Shown piece by piece: positions 14,035-24,934 of a stretch of 64,000 nucleotides of DNA. Under the pieces are notes generated by a model that saw nothing but the letters and a program-made list of their open reading frames with translations, was not told the DNA's origin and ran no database searches. A program made the translations under genes and the position numbers. This DNA comes from Syntrophales bacterium. GTDB taxonomy: Bacteria; Desulfobacterota; Syntrophia; Syntrophales; UBA2210. Numbering within the stretch: the first letter of the stretch is position 1; each line of letters starts with the position of its first letter. The DNA is taken from the NCBI GenBank assembly GCA_963666365.2, contig CAXXNF010000001.1:992001-1056000 (forward strand), written 5' to 3'.

Positions 14035-15423
14035 ATGCACAGGACGATACTCATTATTGACGACGAAGAAAGCATTTGCCTTTCATTAAAGGGAATTTTC
14101 AGTGACGAGGGATATGAAGTATTCACCGCTGCAAGCGGCGAGGAGGGTCTCACCCTGATTGAGGAAGAACTGCCCGGCCTGGTAGTGCTCGACATATGGC
14201 TTCCCGGGATTGACGGCATCGAAACGCTCACACGCATCAAGTCGAGATATCCTCAGATACCGGTGGTAATCATCTCGGGGCACGGCACCGTCGAATCGGC
14301 CGTCAAGGCGACCAAACTGGGGGCCTTTGATTTTATTGAAAAGCCGCTGTCTTTGGAAAAGGTGGTGCTTATTGCGAACAACGCGCTCGACCTTGCCCGT
14401 CTTGAGGAGGAAAACACCCTCTTGAAGAAAAAATTCAAACAGGATTACGAATTGCAGGGTCAAAGCGGCGTCATTAAAGATCTTAAGGAAATGATCCACA
14501 TCATCGCCCCGACAAATGCATGGATACTTATCATGGGTGAAAACGGCACAGGAAAGGAGCTGGTGGCGCGTTCCATCCACCGTGACAGCAGGAGAACAGA
14601 CAGGCCTTTCATTGAAGTCAACTGCGCGGCAATTCCGGAGGAGCTGATTGAAAGCGAGCTCTTCGGACATGAAAAGGGCGCCTTTACCGGCGCTACCACA
14701 AAAAAGCGGGGGAAGTTCGATTTGGCAAACGAAGGCACGCTTTTTCTCGATGAAGTGGCCGACATGAGTCTGAAGGCACAGGCAAAAATACTGCGCATTC
14801 TTCAGGAAAAAAAATTTCAGCGGGTAGGAGGAGCAAAAATAATAGAAACCGACGTGAGGGTGCTTGCCGCAACCAACAAGGACTTGGAAAAGGAAATGGA
14901 AGAAGGGCGTTTTCGTCAGGATCTGTTCTACCGTCTCAATGTGATCCCTCTGTATGTACCCCCCCTCAGAGAAAGAAAAGAGGACATACCCCTCCTTGCC
15001 AATCATTTTATCAAAGAATTTTCGATGAAAGAGGGGAAAACCCTGAAAGGCATCACCGAGGGCGCCCTTGAGATACTTATGGCACACAGCTGGCCAGGCA
15101 ATGTACGAGAATTAAAGAATATCATCGAACGCCTGGTGATCATGTCGCCATCGGAGTACATCACCGCCGATGACATTCCGGTCCTTCTGAAGGGGAGCGA
15201 GGTCCCGGCGCCGGTTGCCGCGCCGATTTTTACAGGCTCATTCAGGAAAGCGAAAGAGGTGTTCGAAAAGATATATCTTGCGCGAAAACTTTCCGAACAC
15301 GATTGGAATATATCAAAAACCGCCGAGGCGATCGGAATTGAACGCAGCAATCTCCACCGTAAAATAAAAAGCTACGGCCTCGACGAAATCAAAAAAGAGC
15401 CGTCCCCTTCAGAACCCACCTGA
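14035..15423 (+). CDS. ntrX: NtrX/NtrC-family sigma54-dependent response regulator
   Basis: Receiver (IIDDE, LDIWLP), GENGTGKE, ESELFGHEKGAFTGA, WPGNVREL, C-terminal HTH. Confidence 0.88.
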   Translation: MHRTILIIDDEESICLSLKGIFSDEGYEVFTAASGEEGLTLIEEELPGLVVLDIWLPGIDGIETLTRIKSRYPQIPVVIISGHGTVESAVKATKLGAFDFIEKPLSLEKVVLIANNALDLARLEEENTLLKKKFKQDYELQGQSGVIKDLKEMIHIIAPTNAWILIMGENGTGKELVARSIHRDSRRTDRPFIEVNCAAIPEELIESELFGHEKGAFTGATTKKRGKFDLANEGTLFLDEVADMSLKAQAKILRILQEKKFQRVGGAKIIETDVRVLAATNKDLEKEMEEGRFRQDLFYRLNVIPLYVPPLRERKEDIPLLANHFIKEFSMKEGKTLKGITEGALEILMAHSWPGNVRELKNIIERLVIMSPSEYITADDIPVLLKGSEVPAPVAAPIFTGSFRKAKEVFEKIYLARKLSEHDWNISKTAEAIGIERSNLHRKIKSYGLDEIKKEPSPSEPT

Positions 15424-15450
15424 GGGAGGGGCCGCCGTGAGACCGGGCAT

Positions 15451-15855
15451 TTACAATTGCAAAGCCTGCGCCACCTTGTCATGGAGACGCTGCGAGGCCA
15501 TCTTGTCGCCCACAACACCCACGCGTATGGACAGGCTGGTAAGATTTTTCGCTTTATAGGTGACAGCAAACCGCACTTTTTCACCTTCGATTAGGGCATC
15601 TATGGTACCGTTCCCGATTTCCCTGGACGGCACTACATCAACAGCCTTCATGTCGGCCACCACCTTTTCACAGGCACTCCACAGGGCTTCAAAGGAACAA
15701 TGATAATCCGACTTCAGTTCGCCGTTGATAAAGAAATAGGTGCCCGCACCTGCCGTGACCGCCGCTCCCCCGAGGATAAGAGGCGCACACCCGGAAAGGC
15801 AGGTAATCGCAATAGACAAAAAGAGTAACAGAACTCGGGCTTTCATATCTTTCAT
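15451..15855 (-). CDS. Lipoprotein, DUF3568-like
   Basis: Signal peptide with LSGC lipobox followed by Gly/Ala-rich helix; family assignment from recall. Confidence 0.65.
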   Translation of the reverse strand: MKDMKARVLLLFLSIAITCLSGCAPLILGGAAVTAGAGTYFFINGELKSDYHCSFEALWSACEKVVADMKAVDVVPSREIGNGTIDALIEGEKVRFAVTYKAKNLTSLSIRVGVVGDKMASQRLHDKVAQALQL

Positions 15856-15970
15856 AGGATGACTCCTTTAAAAGTCTGATTCATTTACGCCATGGCGATA
15901 CAGGGAGAATCTATAGTGGATATTTCAGAAATTGTCCACCCTTTTATTGACGCGCACGCCCCCTGGCGGT

Positions 15971-17344
15971 TTAACTTCGATGAGGAGACAGGCCATCGAA
16001 ACAGTTGAGACAGAGATTATCACGCGATGTGAGCAGGGCGGCCACGAAATCGTTCAAGGTGTTAAACTTAACGGTATCGGCGCCGATTCTTCCGGCAATC
16101 CAGTTCTCAAAATCGTGCAGCATATCCATGGAGGCGATATCACCCCTCTTTATATAGGAACGGGCGATCAATTCATCATAGGAGCGCGTCGAAATGCCGA
16201 ATTCACAGGGATACAAAAGGGGTGGACAGGCGACACGCACATGCACCTCTTTGGCGCCGGCATTTTTCAGATCTAGCACCTTGTGCATTATCTGTGTGCC
16301 TCTCACGATCGAGTCGTCGCAAAGGACAATCCTTTTGCCTTTCACATAGGGCAAGATGGAGAGTTTCCGCTTTGCCATCCTTTCACGGGCCATCTGTGTT
16401 GCCTGCGTGTAGCTGCGATCGGCGTACCGATTATAGAGGAACACCTCCTGATAGTTGATGCGGGAACGTTTATGATATCCCAGGGCATGCCCGATGCCGG
16501 ACATGGGAACGGGCGCCACGATGTCGGCAAAAATCCCCCCTTCGTCAATATCCCTCTGGGCCAGAGACGCACCGAGATTGTCGCGGGCTTCCTGCACATA
16601 CACACCGTCTATGATTGAATCCATGCTCGCGGTGTAGGCCCACTCAAAGGCGCAATGAGCCCGCCGGGGAGAATCGATCTTTGTCAGTGTTTTAAACCCT
16701 TCATCATTGATGAGAAGAATTTCCCCCGGTTCCACATCCCGACAAATATCCATGTCGAGGTTTTGCAGCGCCCGGGACTCGGAACTCACCGCATAGCGGG
16801 TCCTGTCATAGCCGAGAATGAGCGGCCTGAATCCGAACACATCGCGGGCTGCATACACACCCTCTTCGGTCAGCACAACGAGCGAGTATGCGCCCCGCAC
16901 TTTTTCGGCCAGTTTTTTGATGCCGCGCACCAGATTTGATTCCTCGATTATGACTTTTGAAACGATCTCTATGTCCGTCCCCACCAAAAAGGACTTCCCC
17001 CGCCCCATCATTTCCTCAATCAGCTCATCGGAATTGATGATGTTGCCGCTGAATGCAACGGAAATCTCCCCTATTTGCGTCAGCCATCTCATGGGTTGAC
17101 GATCCTGGAGACTGACATGACCGATTCCCCATCTGCCGGTAAGACCTGACAGCTCCTCAGCGGTAAAGGCGCCTGCGACCTTCCCGCGATGGGTTTCGTG
17201 GTGAATCGACTCGTCGAAGGTGGATATCCCGCAATACTCCTGCCCTCGATGCTGAAGAAAATCAATCCCCTGATAAATATCAGCGACACAGGAATTTTCC
17301 GAATAGATACCGAATATTCCGCAATTTTCTCGAATGAATTTCAT
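15971..17344 (-). CDS. purF: Amidophosphoribosyltransferase-like protein (PurF family, divergent glutaminase domain)
   Basis: Short propeptide then CGIFG, LQHRGQE, PRPP loop VLCDDSIVRGT, four Fe-S-type Cys (HCAFE, PCEFG, CLNC). Confidence 0.8.
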   Translation of the reverse strand: MKFIRENCGIFGIYSENSCVADIYQGIDFLQHRGQEYCGISTFDESIHHETHRGKVAGAFTAEELSGLTGRWGIGHVSLQDRQPMRWLTQIGEISVAFSGNIINSDELIEEMMGRGKSFLVGTDIEIVSKVIIEESNLVRGIKKLAEKVRGAYSLVVLTEEGVYAARDVFGFRPLILGYDRTRYAVSSESRALQNLDMDICRDVEPGEILLINDEGFKTLTKIDSPRRAHCAFEWAYTASMDSIIDGVYVQEARDNLGASLAQRDIDEGGIFADIVAPVPMSGIGHALGYHKRSRINYQEVFLYNRYADRSYTQATQMARERMAKRKLSILPYVKGKRIVLCDDSIVRGTQIMHKVLDLKNAGAKEVHVRVACPPLLYPCEFGISTRSYDELIARSYIKRGDIASMDMLHDFENWIAGRIGADTVKFNTLNDFVAALLTSRDNLCLNCFDGLSPHRS

Positions 17345-17432
17345 CGCACTGCTCTCTTCACATGTAAGGTGAGCCCGGTTTTCACAGGCATTCAAAGAAG
17401 ACGCCTCAGCGAACCCCTCCCTCCAACCGCGA

Positions 17433-20400
17433 TCAGGATATGTCGCGGTGATACTCCTGCAGAGACTTCACCGCTCCATGTCCGAACCGCACCGCCTGAA
17501 TGCCTTTTACCGTAGCGACTGCCGCCGCTATCGTGGTGATATAGGGCACTTTGTATTTGATGGCCGCCTTCCTGATATAGGAATCATCGAACTGACTCAT
17601 TCGACCACTGGGAGTATTTATAATCAGTTGAATATCCTTATTTTTAATCCCGTCAACGATATGCGGTCTTCCTTCATGCATCTTCAGAATGCCCTCGGAT
17701 GGAATGCCATGTTCTCTCAGATAGCGGTGGGTTCCGGTGGTCGCCCTGATCTTGAATCCAAGATTGGCAAACCCTTTCGCCACATCCAGGACGGAAGGAT
17801 TCGTTTTGTCATAGACGGTCAAAAGCACCGTTCCTTCATAGGGGAGTTGCTGGGATGCGGCTTCCTCGGCTTTGTAAAAGGCAAGGCCGAAGGAATCGGC
17901 AAGGCCGAGCACCTCTCCGGTAGACCTCATTTCGGGACCCAGCAGGGGATCTACTTCCGGAAACATGTTAAAGGGGAACACGGCCTCTTTGACGCCGAAA
18001 TGGGGCACGGGATTTCGCCTGAGATCGAGATCGACGATTCTTTCGCCCAGCATGAGACCGGTGGCGATTCGCGCCATCGATACATTACAGACCTTGGAAA
18101 CGAGCGGCACCGTGCGGGATGCGCGGGGATTCGCCTCCAGCACGTAGACCACATTGTCGGCGATCGCGTATTGCATATTCATTAATCCCGTCACCTTGAG
18201 CTCCACGGCAATCCTTCTGGTATAGTCGTAGATGGTTTTGATATGCTCCCTGGGGATGGTAATCGGCGGTATCGCACAGGCCGAATCGCCCGAATGAACC
18301 CCGGCAAGTTCGATGTGTTCCATCACGGCCGGCACAAAGGCATCGGTTCCGTCTGCAATGGCATCCGCTTCCGCTTCTATGGCGTTTTCCAGAAATTTAT
18401 CGATCAGCACCGGACGTTCCGGCGTCACATCGACAGCAAGGGCAAGATATCTCCTGAGACTTTCCTCGTCGTAGACGACCTCCATTCCGCGTCCGCCCAG
18501 CACGTAGGAGGGTCTCACCATCAGCGGGTATCCGATTTCGGCAGCCGCGGAAAGGGCCTCGTCGATATTGTGTGCCATACCGGACTGCGGTTCAGGGATG
18601 CCCAGTTTTTCCATCATCTTCCTGAAACGATCCCGGTCTTCGGCAAGATCGATCATTTCCGGCGATGTCCCGATCACGGCGACACCGGCCGCGGAAAGTT
18701 CATTGGCTATATTCAGAGGGGTTTGCCCTCCGAACTGCACGATGACCCCTTCCGGTTTTTCCTTTTCATAAATACTCAGCACATCCTCCACGGTAAGCGG
18801 TTCGAAATAGAGTCTGTCCGAGGTATCGTAATCCGTCGATACCGTTTCGGGATTACAGTTGATCATGATTGATTCAATGCCCGCATCGCGCAGGGCAAAG
18901 GCGGCATGGACACAACAGTAATCGAACTCGATACCCTGACCGATTCGATTGGGTCCCCCCCCCAGCACGATGATCTTTCGTTCCCCCGGAGAGGGCGGTA
19001 TCGCATCGGGAGCATTGTATGTCGAATAGTAGTATGCCGCATCTTCGACACCGCTTACGGGCACAGACTCCCAGCCCTGCGTGATGCCCAGCACTTTCCT
19101 TCGCTCTCGGATTTCTTCTTCGCTCCGGTTCGTAAGGAATGCCAGGTAGCGATCGGCAAACCCGTCTTTCTTGGCCCGCCCCAAAAGTTCATCGGGAATC
19201 GTCTCTTTGCGATGAGAAAGGATCTCCTCTTCAAGCTCGACAAGCTCCTTCATCTGTTCGATGAACCAGCGCTTGATATTCGTTTTCCGGAAAAGATCTT
19301 CCACCGAAGCTCCTTTTCGCAGGGCTTCATACATGATGAACTGCCGCTCGCTGGTGGGTTTGGTGAGAAGCCCCATCAGCTCGTCCAATGATTTTTTATT
19401 GAAATCTTTTGCAAAGCCGAGCCCGTAACGGTTTATTTCCAGCGATCGTATGGCCTTCTGAAGGGCCTCCTTGTACGTTTTTCCTATGCTCATCACCTCG
19501 CCTACGGCGCGCATCTGCGTCCCCAAGCTATCTTCGGCGCCCTTGAATTTTTCAAAGGCCCAGCGGGCGAATTTTACGACCACATAGTCACCTGACGGCA
19601 CATAGTTATCAAGGGTGCCTTCTTTCCAGTAAGGAATTTCGTCAAGGGTCAAACCGGCGGCCAGAAGGGCTGAGACAAAGGCAATGGGAAACCCCGTGGC
19701 CTTGGAGGCAAGCGCTGAAGAACGAGACGTTCTCGGGTTGATTTCGATGACCACCACCCTGTCCGTTTCGGGGTCATGGGCGAACTGGACGTTCGTGCCG
19801 CCGATCACTTGAATGGCCTCTACGATGGCATAGGAATATTGTTGCAGCCTGTTCTGAAGTGCGGAATCGATGGTGAGCATCGGCGCCGTGCAGAAGGAAT
19901 CGCCCGTATGAACCCCCATGGGGTCGACGTTTTCAATGAAACACACGGTAATCATATGATTTTTCGAGTCTCTGACCACCTCGAGTTCCAACTCTTCCCA
20001 CCCGAGGACGGACTCTTCCACAAGTATCTGTCCGATGAGGCTTGCCGAAATCCCGCGGGCCGCCACGATCTGAAGTTCCTCTTTATTGTATACCAGCCCG
20101 CCCCCTGTTCCACCCATGGTATAGGCGGGTCGGATCACCACGGGGTACCCTAATTCTTCGGCGATCTCTTCCGCCTCTTCCACAGTATAGGCCGGTTTGC
20201 TCAGCGGCATTTCGATACCGAGCCGGTCCATGGTCTGCTTGAAGGCAATCCTGTCTTCTCCGCGCTCAATGGCATCGATGTTGACGCCTATCATCTTTAC
20301 GCCGAACTCATCGAGCACCCCTTTTCTCGCCAGTTCTGCGGACAGATTCAATCCCGATTGACCGCCGAGATTGGGCAGAAGCGCATCGGGCCGTTCTTTC

Positions 20401-20636
20401 TGAATGATCTCTCGAAGGGACTGGAAATTGAGCGGTTCGATATAGGTATAATCAGCCATGCCCGGATCGGTCATAATGGTTGCCGGGTTTGAGTTTACCA
20501 ATACAATTTCATAGCCGAGTTTTCTCAGTGCCTTGCAGGCCTGAGTTCCCGAATAGTCGAATTCGCAGGCCTGTCCGATGATGATGGGACCTGACCCTAT
20601 AATCATGATTTTTTTTATGTCCTTGCGCGCAGGCAT
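17433..20636 (-). CDS. carB: Carbamoyl-phosphate synthase large subunit
   Basis: IGSGPIIIGQACEFDYSG, duplicated ATP-grasp halves, C-terminal MGS domain. Confidence 0.97.
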   Translation of the reverse strand: MPARKDIKKIMIIGSGPIIIGQACEFDYSGTQACKALRKLGYEIVLVNSNPATIMTDPGMADYTYIEPLNFQSLREIIQKERPDALLPNLGGQSGLNLSAELARKGVLDEFGVKMIGVNIDAIERGEDRIAFKQTMDRLGIEMPLSKPAYTVEEAEEIAEELGYPVVIRPAYTMGGTGGGLVYNKEELQIVAARGISASLIGQILVEESVLGWEELELEVVRDSKNHMITVCFIENVDPMGVHTGDSFCTAPMLTIDSALQNRLQQYSYAIVEAIQVIGGTNVQFAHDPETDRVVVIEINPRTSRSSALASKATGFPIAFVSALLAAGLTLDEIPYWKEGTLDNYVPSGDYVVVKFARWAFEKFKGAEDSLGTQMRAVGEVMSIGKTYKEALQKAIRSLEINRYGLGFAKDFNKKSLDELMGLLTKPTSERQFIMYEALRKGASVEDLFRKTNIKRWFIEQMKELVELEEEILSHRKETIPDELLGRAKKDGFADRYLAFLTNRSEEEIRERRKVLGITQGWESVPVSGVEDAAYYYSTYNAPDAIPPSPGERKIIVLGGGPNRIGQGIEFDYCCVHAAFALRDAGIESIMINCNPETVSTDYDTSDRLYFEPLTVEDVLSIYEKEKPEGVIVQFGGQTPLNIANELSAAGVAVIGTSPEMIDLAEDRDRFRKMMEKLGIPEPQSGMAHNIDEALSAAAEIGYPLMVRPSYVLGGRGMEVVYDEESLRRYLALAVDVTPERPVLIDKFLENAIEAEADAIADGTDAFVPAVMEHIELAGVHSGDSACAIPPITIPREHIKTIYDYTRRIAVELKVTGLMNMQYAIADNVVYVLEANPRASRTVPLVSKVCNVSMARIATGLMLGERIVDLDLRRNPVPHFGVKEAVFPFNMFPEVDPLLGPEMRSTGEVLGLADSFGLAFYKAEEAASQQLPYEGTVLLTVYDKTNPSVLDVAKGFANLGFKIRATTGTHRYLREHGIPSEGILKMHEGRPHIVDGIKNKDIQLIINTPSGRMSQFDDSYIRKAAIKYKVPYITTIAAAVATVKGIQAVRFGHGAVKSLQEYHRDIS

Positions 20637-20689
20637 ATGCACTTTTCCCTTTATGTTATTTTGGTTTTTTAAATTTTCATGTTGCAGGG

Positions 20690-20718
20690 GTTATAGAAAA
20701 GTCACTATGCTCTGTCAA
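20690..20718 (-). promoter_or_regulatory. sigma70 promoter of carB
   Basis: Minus strand TTGACA-17 bp-TATAAC. Confidence 0.75.
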
Positions 20719-20808
20719 GGAGCAAAATCCCCTTATCAAATTTTTATTTGTGGTGAAAATACATCAATGATGTATGAGAGCCGGAACTGCTCATTCGTGA
20801 GATGAACT

Positions 20809-21867
20809 TTACATTTCCTTGCGGAGTTTTGCAAATTCTTTAAGAAGCTTTTCCTCCTTTTTATTCAAATCCCGGGGCACTTCTACGCGCGTCTGGATAC
20901 GCTGATCCCCCCGGCCGAAACCGCGCAGATGGGCAATGCCTTTCCCTCGCAATGTAAATTGGTGACCCGGCTGTGTTCCTTTGGGAATCTTAATTTTCTC
21001 ACTTCCTTCGAGGGTGGGCACTTCAATCTGCCCCCCCAGGGCCGCCACGGTCATGGGTATGGATATTCGGCACAGAATGTCATCGCCTTCCCGCTGGAAA
21101 AGTTCGTGCGGCTCCACATGAATAAATACATAGAGATCACCGGGAGGACCGCCATAGCTCCCCTCTTCGCCTTCGCCGCGCAGTCGGAGCCTTACCCCTG
21201 TTTCCACGCCGGGCGGAATTTTCAGCTGCACGGTTTTTGTGGCCCTCTCTTTACCGGCGCCGCGGCAATCCTTGCAGGGATGCTCTATAATCCTGCCGGC
21301 GCCCTGACAGTGAGGACAGGTGGAACTGACGCTGAAAAAACCGCTCGACCTTGTCACCTGGCCGGCGCCTCGGCAGGTGGGACAGACTGAAGGTTCCGTC
21401 CCCGGTGCCGCACCCGTACCCCCGCAGGCGGCACAGTTCACCAGTCGTTCCATCTCTACTTCCGTGGTTTTACCGAATGCGGCATCCATAAAAGAGATGG
21501 AAAGATCATACCTCAAGTCAGCGCCCTGGCGGGCCGTCGTTCTGGATTGTCCTCTTCTCCCCGAAAAGCCAAAGACATCTTCAAAAATATCGGAAAAATT
21601 AGAGAATATGTCGTCAAACCCTGAAAACCCCCTGAATCCACTGCCGTTTAAGCCTTCGTGACCGTAGCGGTCATAGATGCTTCTCTTTTCCTGATCACGC
21701 AGCACTTCATACGCTTCGGCAGCCTCCTTGAATCGTTCCTCCGCCTCTTTATCTCCGGGGTTTCTGTCAGGGTGGTATTGCAGGGCAAGCCTTCGATAAC
21801 CTTTTTTTATTTCATCATCCGACGCAGTACGCTCAACGCCTAGAATCGTGTAATAATCCCGTTTCAT
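20809..21867 (-). CDS. dnaJ: Chaperone DnaJ
   Basis: J domain HPD, G/F-rich region, four CxxCxGxG repeats. Confidence 0.96.
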   Translation of the reverse strand: MKRDYYTILGVERTASDDEIKKGYRRLALQYHPDRNPGDKEAEERFKEAAEAYEVLRDQEKRSIYDRYGHEGLNGSGFRGFSGFDDIFSNFSDIFEDVFGFSGRRGQSRTTARQGADLRYDLSISFMDAAFGKTTEVEMERLVNCAACGGTGAAPGTEPSVCPTCRGAGQVTRSSGFFSVSSTCPHCQGAGRIIEHPCKDCRGAGKERATKTVQLKIPPGVETGVRLRLRGEGEEGSYGGPPGDLYVFIHVEPHELFQREGDDILCRISIPMTVAALGGQIEVPTLEGSEKIKIPKGTQPGHQFTLRGKGIAHLRGFGRGDQRIQTRVEVPRDLNKKEEKLLKEFAKLRKEM

Positions 21868-21958
21868 AATACTTCAAATGCTATATTCACGTGATGTTCA
21901 CCCGTCGTTCCATATGTTCCGTCACCGATTGATAAAGTAATAACGATCTTCCCGGCTG

Positions 21959-22861
21959 TCAAGAATGAACCGCACCGTGCTTGACGATTCTGCCGAGCAC
22001 CTCGCGGTATCGCTCATAGGTTTTCTCAACAATATGGTCGGGAAGCACCGGTGCGGGCGGTTCCATGTTCCAGTCACTCGACAGGAGATAATTTCTCAAA
22101 AACTGCTTGTCGAAGCTGGTGGGCTTTCTGCCTTCTTCAAGATCGCTCATGGGCCAGAATCTCGAGGAATCCGGGGTGAGAAGTTCGTCAATGAGTATGA
22201 GCCTCCCCTCATGGAGACCGAACTCCATTTTCGTATCGGCGATTACTATTCCTGTCTTCTCTGCAATGTCTGAGGCCTGTCGGTAGATCTTAAGACTTGC
22301 GTCCATCACCGACCGCGCAAGTTCTTCACCAATCACCGCGGACATTTCTTCCCTGCTTATGGGAAGATCGTGTGCGCCCTGCTCAGCCTTGGTGGAGGGC
22401 GTAAAAATCGGTTCGGGCAGTTTCGCAAATTCCTTGAGCCCCGCGGGGAGACGTATACCGGAAATTGCGTTCCCTTCGGAATAATCCTTCCATCCCGATC
22501 CGGCCAGGTAGCCCCTCACAATACACTCGACGGGGAGCGGCGCCGCCTTCTTGACCAGCATGCTTCGCCCTTCAAGCTCCTCGGCATAGGCGAGGCATGG
22601 CGCGGGATATTCTTCAACCCTTGTTGAAACCAGGTGGTTTTCGATGATAGTTTCCATCATCCTGAACCAGTACACCGACATCTCTGTCAATATTCTCCCC
22701 TTTCCCGGAATGGGTGTGGGCATAATCACGTCAAAGGCGCTGATGCGATCGGTCGCCACGACAAGCAGATAGTCGCCTGTTTCATAGACATCGCGCACCT
22801 TCCCGCGGTTGACCAGATTGAGACCTTCAAAATTTGTTTCTCTGCATGCTTCCTTTTGCAC
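21959..22861 (-). CDS. purC: SAICAR synthetase
   Basis: RGKVRDVY, TDRISAFD, ECIVRGY, DTKMEFG, DELLTPDSSRFW. Confidence 0.96.
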   Translation of the reverse strand: MQKEACRETNFEGLNLVNRGKVRDVYETGDYLLVVATDRISAFDVIMPTPIPGKGRILTEMSVYWFRMMETIIENHLVSTRVEEYPAPCLAYAEELEGRSMLVKKAAPLPVECIVRGYLAGSGWKDYSEGNAISGIRLPAGLKEFAKLPEPIFTPSTKAEQGAHDLPISREEMSAVIGEELARSVMDASLKIYRQASDIAEKTGIVIADTKMEFGLHEGRLILIDELLTPDSSRFWPMSDLEEGRKPTSFDKQFLRNYLLSSDWNMEPPAPVLPDHIVEKTYERYREVLGRIVKHGAVHS

Positions 22862-22879
22862 TGCGGACCCTTCTTTCCC

Positions 22880-23506
22880 CTAAAAAAACGGATTGTGCTG
22901 CTTTTCGTGAGCAACCGTCGATGTCGGCCTGCGGCCGTAATTATGACCGGGCAGCACGACTGTATCATCGGGAAGACGTAATATTCGCTCCTCGATGGAT
23001 CGATGCATCACCTCCCAGGATCCCCCGGGAAGGTCGGTTCTTCCCACTCCTTCCACAAAGAGGGTGTCGCCGGTAAACACATAGCCGGGCATATAAAGGC
23101 ACATTCCACCGGGCGAATGTCCCGGCGTGTGCATGACCGTCAGGGTGACCGGCCCCAGGGAGAGCGTATCGCCGTCCTTTACTGTGATATCGGCGGGAGG
23201 GGAGGGTTGTGCCCCGAACATTCTCAGCATGGCCGGCGGGGTCGACACGAGCATGGCTGCATCATCCTCATGAATGACAATTTTTGCACCCGTCAGTTCT
23301 TTCATGCGCGCATTGCCCGAAATATGATCCACGTGGCCGTGGGTATTGACGATATAGCGGATGGTGATATTGTGTTTTCCCGCTTCGTCGATGATGGCCT
23401 CGACCTGTGCGGCCGGATCTACGACCAGCCCGTCGCCTCCCGCTTCATCACCGACAAGGTAGGCGAAAACGGCCATGCTGCCAACCTGCATCTGACGTAC
23501 AATCAT
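22880..23506 (-). CDS. MBL-fold metallo-hydrolase (glyoxalase II-like)
   Basis: THGHVDH, HTPGHSPG, FTGDTLF, PGH motifs; GGAGG SD before ATG 23506. Confidence 0.9.
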   Translation of the reverse strand: MIVRQMQVGSMAVFAYLVGDEAGGDGLVVDPAAQVEAIIDEAGKHNITIRYIVNTHGHVDHISGNARMKELTGAKIVIHEDDAAMLVSTPPAMLRMFGAQPSPPADITVKDGDTLSLGPVTLTVMHTPGHSPGGMCLYMPGYVFTGDTLFVEGVGRTDLPGGSWEVMHRSIEERILRLPDDTVVLPGHNYGRRPTSTVAHEKQHNPFF

Positions 23507-23575
23507 TACTGCCTCCAAAGCGTGTTCCATAAATATAAAAATAAGCGATGTTGATACCTTTTTTTCCCTTTCCTG

Positions 23576-24934
23576 TCAATAGTTTTGCTTTTTCAGCACC
23601 GCCCCGAAAAATCCGTCCGTCCCGTGGCGGTGGGGCCACGTCCTGAAGAATCCCTCTGCATCGATCATGCTCCTGTCCCGAAGCGCAGGCGGCTCGCACA
23701 GAACCAGCGACGAATCGGAGGCAAGCGCTTTTTCTACTACCCCTTCATTTTCTTCGGGCTCCGTCGTGCAGGTGGCATAGACCATCGTTCCCCCCTCTTT
23801 GAGATAGCGTGAACAGCGCAGGAGAAGTTCACCCTGCAGTGCGGCACATCTTCCGCTGTCATCAGGATCGGCGAACCATTTGATCTCCGGTTTTCTCCTT
23901 ATCGTACCCAGACCGGTGCAGGGGGCATCGACAAGAATACGATCGAATTGTCCATGATACAAGGGGCCGAGATCCTCTTTTCCATCGGCGGTGATTCTTT
24001 CTATGATCTTGACTCCCAGCCGCTTCGCAAGTTCGACGCCGCGCGCCATTTTACGGAAGTCGCTGTCGACGGCTACGATTGTCCCTCGATTTTGCATCAT
24101 CGCACCAAGGTGCGTCGCCTTGATCCCGGCGCCGGAGCACAGATCCAGCACCCTGTCTCCCGGTTGAGGATTCAAAAGCAACGACACCAACTGTGACGCC
24201 TCATCCTGAAACTGAAGGCATCCCCCTGTGAAAAGCCCATGCTTCCTCACAGGGAAGGGATGAGCGTCGATCACTATGCCATCGGACGCGATGAGTGAAG
24301 GCCGCACCCGAAACCCTTCCTTGGAAAGCAACTCCACGATCGTCTCCCGGTCGGTTTTTATGGTATTGACACGGAGAGCCGAAGGAGGGGTGCGATTGTT
24401 CGCCTCGCAAAGAGCGCAGACCTGTTCGAGGCCGTACCGAGCCTCCCATCGTGATACCAGCCAGAGAGGGTGGGAATGATAGACTGCAATGTGTTCCAGG
24501 GGACGGCTCGCATAGTCCGGATAGCCTATTTCGCCCTTTTGACGCAGGGCATTTCTCAAGAGTGCATTGACGAGGCGATCACGCCCCGGATAAAGGCGTT
24601 TCGCAAGTCCCACCGCTTCGTGCACCGCGGCATAGTGTGGAATGCGATCCATGCAGAACGCCTGATAGAGGGCGACCCTCAGGATGTTCCGAATCCCCCT
24701 CTCCATGGAAGCCACGGCGCCTGAGTAGAATGTCCCGATTATCCAGTCCAGACGATTTCTCAGTCTCAGCGTTCCATAGACCAGTTCCGTAAGCAGTTTC
24801 CTGTCTTCTGCTCCGGCAGGGGCGCCCCGGTCGAGCAGGTGTGTCAGAAGCGGTTCGGCAAAGGACCGCTCTGCTTCCACCCTGTTGAGAATGTCAACGG
24901 CGAGACTTCGCGGAGTTTTCTTCATCATCGGCAT
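23576..24934 (-). CDS. rsmB: 16S rRNA m5C967 methyltransferase RsmB/Sun
   Basis: NusB-like N-terminus, QDEASQ, DAPCTG, YATCT; downstream of fmt. Confidence 0.93.
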   Translation of the reverse strand: MPMMKKTPRSLAVDILNRVEAERSFAEPLLTHLLDRGAPAGAEDRKLLTELVYGTLRLRNRLDWIIGTFYSGAVASMERGIRNILRVALYQAFCMDRIPHYAAVHEAVGLAKRLYPGRDRLVNALLRNALRQKGEIGYPDYASRPLEHIAVYHSHPLWLVSRWEARYGLEQVCALCEANNRTPPSALRVNTIKTDRETIVELLSKEGFRVRPSLIASDGIVIDAHPFPVRKHGLFTGGCLQFQDEASQLVSLLLNPQPGDRVLDLCSGAGIKATHLGAMMQNRGTIVAVDSDFRKMARGVELAKRLGVKIIERITADGKEDLGPLYHGQFDRILVDAPCTGLGTIRRKPEIKWFADPDDSGRCAALQGELLLRCSRYLKEGGTMVYATCTTEPEENEGVVEKALASDSSLVLCEPPALRDRSMIDAEGFFRTWPHRHGTDGFFGAVLKKQNY

